Part shown: piece after piece, positions 48,651-64,000 of the stretch
Numbering within the stretch: the stretch's first letter is position 1
How the letters are laid out: each line of letters begins with the position of its first letter
DNA from: the human T2T-CHM13v2.0 reference genome, Homo sapiens
DNA: 64,000 nt
Direction: 5' to 3' (one strand)
Assembly (NCBI RefSeq): GCF_009914755.1
Contig: NC_060930.1
Notes under the pieces: generated by a model
The model's input: the letters and a program-made list of their open reading frames with translations, nothing else
The model's database searches: none
What the model was told of the DNA's origin: nothing
Program-made: the position numbers and the translations under genes

Positions 48651-49754
48651 TTTAAACATAAAATTTTTCTGTGTAGTGTCCAGTCTGCTCTATATGCTCT
48701 TAGCAAACACTATAAATAAATCAAAGCCCCCTAAATAATGCACGTATATGTACCAGCTCAGTTACTCTATGTTCATCTCTACCAGCAGTCTATTTTGATT
48801 TGTGCAGTTTCAAGAAATCCTCGTAAGTAAACATGTGGAATCCTTAGTCATAGATGCAAAAAAAGCTTAGCATGAATATTTGTATTCTTCCTCAGCCCTC
48901 TTCCTTTATCAAATTCGCTGCCTCTCTCTGTTTCTGCAGAGATACCCAAAGCTCCAAATTATTTTCTCAACTAACTGGCCAAATTGTGTGTAACCGGTTT
49001 AACAGAATATTACTTTCTAAGAGTTCACATTTTCCTAAGAAATCTTAAAAACCCACGGTAGTTCAAAGCAACATTTGACAGCCAGTTTATTTTAGCTCTC
49101 AGGTGTGAGAAGCTCCTTCAATATGTGCTATTATTTAAAGTAATAACGAGTTTTAAAGAAAATGAACTGCTACACTGAGAACTCACTGAAGATTCTTAAA
49201 ATTGACTCTAGGGAATAATAAACTATGCAGGGAAATTTCACATTTGGGATTTTGTAGGCAGCACACAGTGAAGCCAGGAGTGTTCAATGAATGTATGCGA
49301 CCCTTTCTTAGTGTCTGTCCCATCACTCCCAGGATAAACACGGCTCTCTTGAGGGCAATGTCAGAACAACTTAACATCACCCTTAAATGAATGAGGCCAC
49401 AGTGCTGGGACCCAAAGTCTAATAATGAACAGTGACAAACGTTTCACCAAATGCGCCTTATACACAACCTTTCTCTGGAGTTTAGCAAAAGGGGTGATCA
49501 GAGTGGTGAGTATGATCACTGGCACATATTAAGGAGACTTCAGCCAATTTTTTCTCCTAAAACAAAATCATCATGAATTTAATCACCCTTGCTTTAAAAA
49601 GTGAGATTGTTTTAAATCCAAGCAAAAATAAGAGACAGATGTTTTCTCTTTATTTTTTTATTTAATAATTGTATCCATTTTGACACAAAAGTTTAATAAT
49701 TGAAATCTGTCCCTTGCTAGGGGAGTAACCCATTGTCATTACATAATCATCATC

Positions 49755-49995
49755 ATCCTCATTCTTATAGTTACCAATTAATAATCACTTATCATATACC
49801 AATCCCTATTCATGCACTCTACTATTTTATCTTAATCTACCCAAAATTTCTATGAGATGAATATTATTATTCAAAATTTAAAAATAAAGCTATTGAAGCA
49901 CAAAAATGTTAAGTAATTTTTCCAAGTTATTCAGCTTTTTAAGTCATGATGGGAACCAGTACTTCTGACGCTAGTTTCCCTGGTATCGACTACTA
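49755..49995 (-). mobile_element. MIR
   Basis: 'ctatgagatgaatattattattc...tgaagcacaaaaatgttaagtaatttttccaagtta'. Confidence 0.6.
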
Positions 49996-51389
49996 CCCTA
50001 TGATACCATCTGTATACATATGTCTATTATGAATTTAGTGCTAATTTGTTTAGCAAAAACTACAGTAATGTTGCCATTCCATTTCAGCATGTGACCTCTA
50101 ACAAAACAGAAGTCATTTTATAAAAACAATCACTTTCATATCATATATATGTGTGTGCATTTATGTATAGGTATGTGTATATATGTTTATAAACACACAT
50201 ATATTAAATATATATACACCCATGTGTAGCCAGAAATAAGCTTTCATCCATTCATTATAAGAAGACTTTATTTCAGTTTGTACATATCTGTATTAGTTGA
50301 GAATGGTTTTGCTTTAATAAAGATTAAATTTAGGATTCTGTGATGAAGCACTCGCTAAATTTTTAATGACATAATTAGTTTTACACAATTGTCTAGAACT
50401 GGGACGTAAGATATCTTGTTTTTTAATTTAGAAAAAGAAAGGCAATAATCTTGGTTAAAATAAGACTTGTGGATAAAATCTTAAAAACTATTGGACACTA
50501 ATACTTCTGAAAATATGATAGACTGAATACACTAAAGTGCTCATTCACAGCAACAAAAACTAATACCTTTTGTTGAAGGACTGGGTTTAGAGGAAGTAAA
50601 GGAAATCTTCAAATAGAATTGACCCTTCTGTCCCAGGGAAATTAAAATAAAAAACTAACCCTGCTGATACATGAAAAGTGGGGTCACATTAGGACAAGTG
50701 CTTATATTAAAACTGAAATTCAGTAATTAAGTGTGCAAGGAGCAAAATGGGGGTGTAGAGGCTAGGATCGTTTGTTAAGCCAGGGAGGGTGGGACAATGA
50801 TAAAATTGTCCTAGGGGACTGTGAGAACATAATAGCAGTAGAGATCTTAAATTTCCTTCATATTTCTCCCCCCAAAATGGATAGAATAGGTAGACAGCAA
50901 AAACCATGAACAATATTTATAACAAATTAGATGAACCCTAAGATAGCTACATATTGAGACAAATGAATAGTCAAAAATCTACAAGGAATCAAAGTCTGTG
51001 GAAGAGGAAGCAGAGGGAAACCATGGGGAGTCTGAGAGATGGGGATCAGTCTCTCAGATAGCCAATAGGTATTTCCCAAAGGAAGTTAGACTGATGAGAT
51101 CATCAGCTAAAGTTATGAGGGACTTTGTCAAGTCCAATAGCAGGTAAGCATTGAGAGCTGAAGGTGCTGGAACCTTCAGATACCCTGTGACCTTGGGAAA
51201 CTGACAAGCCAGGGCTCACTTTCAGGATGGATTCCCACAAATGGTAAGGAACTGCTGGGAGTGGAATAAAAGTTGAGCAAGACAGGGTCAGTAAAGACAA
51301 AGAAAAAGATAAGGTCAGGTAAGTGAGAAAAAGCAACCCAGCTAGGAAATCTCAAAAAGCTATCTTTCACAAGTTTTGTACGTTATTAA

Positions 51390-53535
<2,146 letters not shown>

Positions 53536-53539
53536 TGGC

Positions 53540-56100
<2,561 letters not shown>

Positions 56101-58357
56101 ATAGACTGGAATAATTTATATTAGTAAGAGGGATAGGAAATTCACATTTTTGATATTAATTTGTATATAAATGAAAGCTATGAAAAAAAATTATGATCTC
56201 TCTCCCAAAACTTCATTTTCCAATAAATTATTTTAGAAATGGGAAGGTCTTTTTTTCTCTTTCTGTTTTTGATTTCAGTATATAATCAATCTTACTTGCT
56301 GAAACAACGTAAAAAAAAAGCCATAAATAACAGTTATATATTTATAGCAATGGATTTTTTTTCACAAACAATATTAACAAAGTAGTAAAAGAGACTTAAT
56401 AGTCATTTTAGTTTCAGCAATTCAGTTTATTTTTTGGAAACATTTAGATCTAATTTTAGACAAATGAATTCAAAACATAATTGGGCATGAATAACATTAT
56501 TCAAACTCATTTTGTAAAGTTAAGCAAACAATGTTTAAAGACTTGTTCTATAACTACATCCGAATTAGACTATTAAATTTTCTTGTGCAGTGCTAGATAT
56601 GGGACTGGCATATGTTGTAAAGTGATAAAATTGATTAATTTATTTAAAAGTCAAAATATTGATGTGTCATCATTAATCATTGCATATTATTTTTATCAAC
56701 AACTTAGTCTAAGATAACAGAAGTTACTTGATTTTTGAGGTGAATTTACTCTGAAGTAGCTTTTAGGTTGAATTTGGTTATGCTAGAAAGTATCATTAAT
56801 TTAATTATGTAAAAAAGGAAAGCAAAGATGCTATCAACATAAAATGAAGTATATACTGTTTGTGTTTAAGAATTTCTGTGTTTAAGAAGATTAGTTGTTT
56901 TCTGCCACTGAATTATCATTTTATAATTTACTTACTCATTAATAGTAACATTATTATTTGACAAATTGAAATATTACTTCAAATGGGAATGACATACTTA
57001 TTGGGAAATTCTAGTTTTCTGAAATTACTGAAAATTTTCAATTTGGGAAAATATAATCAATAAAAATAGGTTATACTTTTATTTATTCATCATTATATAT
57101 TATAAGGACAAATATGATGCTTTAGTTATGGTTAATTATAGTCATTAAAAGAATCTTTACTAGATATTCATTTCACAGTTTTCTTTTCAGACGTAAGATA
57201 CACTAAACATGTAAATTCAGAAAAAGAATATAAACTTTTATATCTATGAAATCTGTATTTAATTTTATCTTATGCTTAAATTTCAGACTAATTTTCAAAG
57301 TGCTTAATTCTGACATCTAAAATATCTATTATACTCTAATATTGAAAGAACTACCTTATTTACTTAGCATATTTATAAAGGAAGGAAAAAAATGCAGAAC
57401 CAAAATACTAGATCAGAATATTAAAAGTTAGAAAGCTTTTGAAAAATCACAAAAGTAAGATAGAAAGAAAGTTGTTTAAAAACATGGAAATCCTAACTAC
57501 TTTTCTAGCAGGCTTGGTTGAAACTTCATTATAAAGTAGTAAACTTCTAGAAAAGACTAAATTTATTATTATGGAGATGTCAAAGTTAAATTTATTATCT
57601 TGGACTAATATCAAAATTGTATCTCAAAGATTATAATGATCTCACAACTTGGTGCATTCAGGTAATTTTGATGAAGTGCTAATGGCAAAAATGCTCCCCT
57701 ATTCAAGAAAAAAAAAATTACAGGAAACATGGCAAAGTTAAACCTCCGCATACAATAATCTCAAGAAATGTTCCTACTACACTATTTCATTTGAAATACT
57801 CATTTTGAGGATCTAACAAACCTAACTTTATATAAATGTTGACTCCCAGACTACAGCAACAAAATAACTATGCACACCTATAAAATCTTTTTCTTTGATA
57901 TACCAACATCCATTGGGATAAATATCTTGCCAGGGCCATCCCCCTGTCAAGAGCCTTATGACTCTTCCGGTTGAAAAACCTTCCCGCAGCATTGTTTGCC
58001 TTTTAAGAATGTATTTTATCATCCCTTGGTTTTATTTCACATTTTGCCTTTGGGCAAGTTCCTGGAAAATAATATTTTAGGATGTATTTTTGCTTTTTTA
58101 GAGAAAAAGTTTTCAAAAAATTTAAAATGTTAATATCAGGAATAGATTGTGGTGTTATTTAAATTTTAAGAATGTGGGATTTTTTTGCTTTTAATTTTTA
58201 AAATAATAAGTACTAAATATAATAAAATCTCACACATTCTCCTCCCAATGTCTTCCTCCAAACTCCATGAGAAGCACATTATTTATCATATATTTACCAT
58301 ATATACAAAAATAAAGATACAGAATAAAAATCAAATGAATATTTAGAAATTAGAAAG

Positions 58358-59853
58358 CAAGAGGCTGGGAGCAAGATGGCTGTTTAGATTCGGCTAATAC
58401 GAGCCTCTTCCATGGAAAGAAACAAAAGTATCAAGTAGATAGTCAGACTTTGAATAGATGGTCTAAGAGATTACACTGGAATTCAACAGAGAAGTGACAG
58501 GAAGCACCAAAAGCAAAGAAAGAAAAGAAAGTGTAGCAGTCTGTCTGGCTGTGATGGGCTGGCAGCCAGGAGAAGCTCTGGAATATGGGGAAAGTGTAAG
58601 TAAGTGTTTCCCAGGGCCCCACATTTCAGCCACAGACTAACAATACTAGATATGGGAGAGTTCTTCAACTCTTGCAGGCCTCAAGATTAACATGGAGAGC
58701 TGCCTGAAGATTATGCAAAGGCATTGCTCCAAAGAAGGAACTCATATTGAGCCCCACAGGCTTCTGAGCCCTGAGCAGCTATAGCATGACATCATTCTGA
58801 GAGCTCAGCTCCAAAAGGACTGTGTCCTGCCCTGGAGTCAATGCTGCCACTGCCACCTTGACAAGGTCAAGGAGGGAGAAGGAAGGCCTGGCACTTTCAT
58901 GATGTGCCCCGAAGACAAATTCCACTGTTGCTGCTGAAGGTTGCTACAGAACCAAGGTGCAAGAAAACTACGTGTCCCTAGTTGCCTGCCTATACCACTC
59001 TATTGAGAGTGGTCCCATCATCCTTAGTGGCAGGCCCACAGCTGTCACCAGTCTGATAGCACAGGCCCAAAGGACTGTGTTCTGCCCTGGGGCTAACATC
59101 ACCATGGTCACTAAGGAGGGAGAGGGAAGGCAGGCCATTTTCACACAGCCAAAATCAAAGCAACAACTGTTACACCAGATGCATAGATAGCAACATAAGG
59201 ATATGGAAAACAAAACAAGAAAATATGATACCTACAAAGAAATACAATAATTGTCTAGCAATAGATCCCAATGGAAAAGAAAATCACAAAATCCCACAAA
59301 AACAATCAAAATACTGATTTCAAAGAAGTTCAGTGAGATACAAGAGAATTCTGAAAAACAATACAGAGAAGTCAGGAAAACAATTTAGGATATGAATCGG
59401 AAATTTAAAAAAGAGATAGCTATTTTAAAATAGAACCAAATTGAAATTCTGAAACTGAGGAATTCATTGATAAAATACAAAACACATTGGAAACCTTTAT
59501 CAAGTAAAAGAAAATCAAGTAAAAGAAAGAAAAATCAAGTAAAAGAAAGAATCTCAGAACTTGAAAACAGGTCTTTGGAAATAAACTGGTAAGTCACAAA
59601 TAAAGAAAAATAACTTAATGATGAGCAATTTTTTTTTGTTACAGTTAGGATGACATAAAGTGACAGAATATTGAAATTATCAATGTCCCCAGGAGCAAAG
59701 AGGGTTGGAAAGGGTTAGAAAATCTATTTAACGAAATAATGGATGAAAACACCTCAAGTCTAGCAAGACACTTGGACATCCAGTCACAGGAGAAAACTAA
59801 CAGGAATTTATAGAACATTTTGTCAACAACTACAGAATATACAAGTTTCTCCA
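58358..59853 (+). mobile_element. Older primate L1 (L1PB/L1MA-class) 5'UTR, ORF1 remnant and short EN piece
   Basis: 5' terminus with YY1-type CAAGATGGC (58372-58380) after an A-rich target. ORF1-like 'caagaagttcagtgagatacaagagaat'. EN-like 'tatagaacatttt...cagaatataca'. Confidence 0.75.
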
Positions 59854-63960
<4,107 letters not shown>

Positions 63961-64000
63961 AATAAAATTAAACAAAAGATCAATAAAATTGTGCGTTGAA

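Noticed and set aside
57178-57198. Plus-strand ttttcttttcag|AC|gtaaga acceptor-donor juxtaposition
   Set aside because: It is antisense to TRDN, has 2-nt spacing, and no host transcript is evident.

Overview
This is primate (most likely human) genomic DNA, AT-rich and dominated by interspersed repeats. The ORF track is almost entirely L1 debris and noise, and it misses the one real gene. Reading splice signals on the minus strand recovers the last three exons of triadin (TRDN, long skeletal-muscle isoform): a 39-nt exon (40046-40084), a 36-nt exon (37441-37476) and a terminal exon (CDS 34555-34694). They splice in frame to ...DVEDVPASKKAK-E-GTEDVSPTKQK-S-PISFFQCVYLDGYNGYGFQFPFTPADRPGESSGQANSPGQKQQGQ*, followed by a ~2.26-kb 3'UTR ending near an AATAAA at 32312-32317. 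Positions 40085-64000 are the preceding large intron, and 1-32290 lies downstream of the gene. Repeats include two long decayed L1PA7/8-like copies at the window ends, several old L1M relics, a solo ERV9 LTR12, MaLR LTRs (THE1/MST/MLT1), MER31, five Alus, MIR/L2 relics and DNA transposons (MER119, MER47A, Tigger3a, MER5, Charlie). I see no evidence for a new multi-gene system. The best leads are local: a possible 3-nt TRDN microexon, myomiR/APA logic in the 3'UTR, a DUX4-motif THE1 LTR in TRDN sense orientation, a convergent LTR12 with cryptic antisense exons, a tiny retroposed tRNA-Glu-like fragment, and a tailless L1 insertion. Repeat subfamily names come from recalled consensus sequences and need RepeatMasker/Dfam confirmation.
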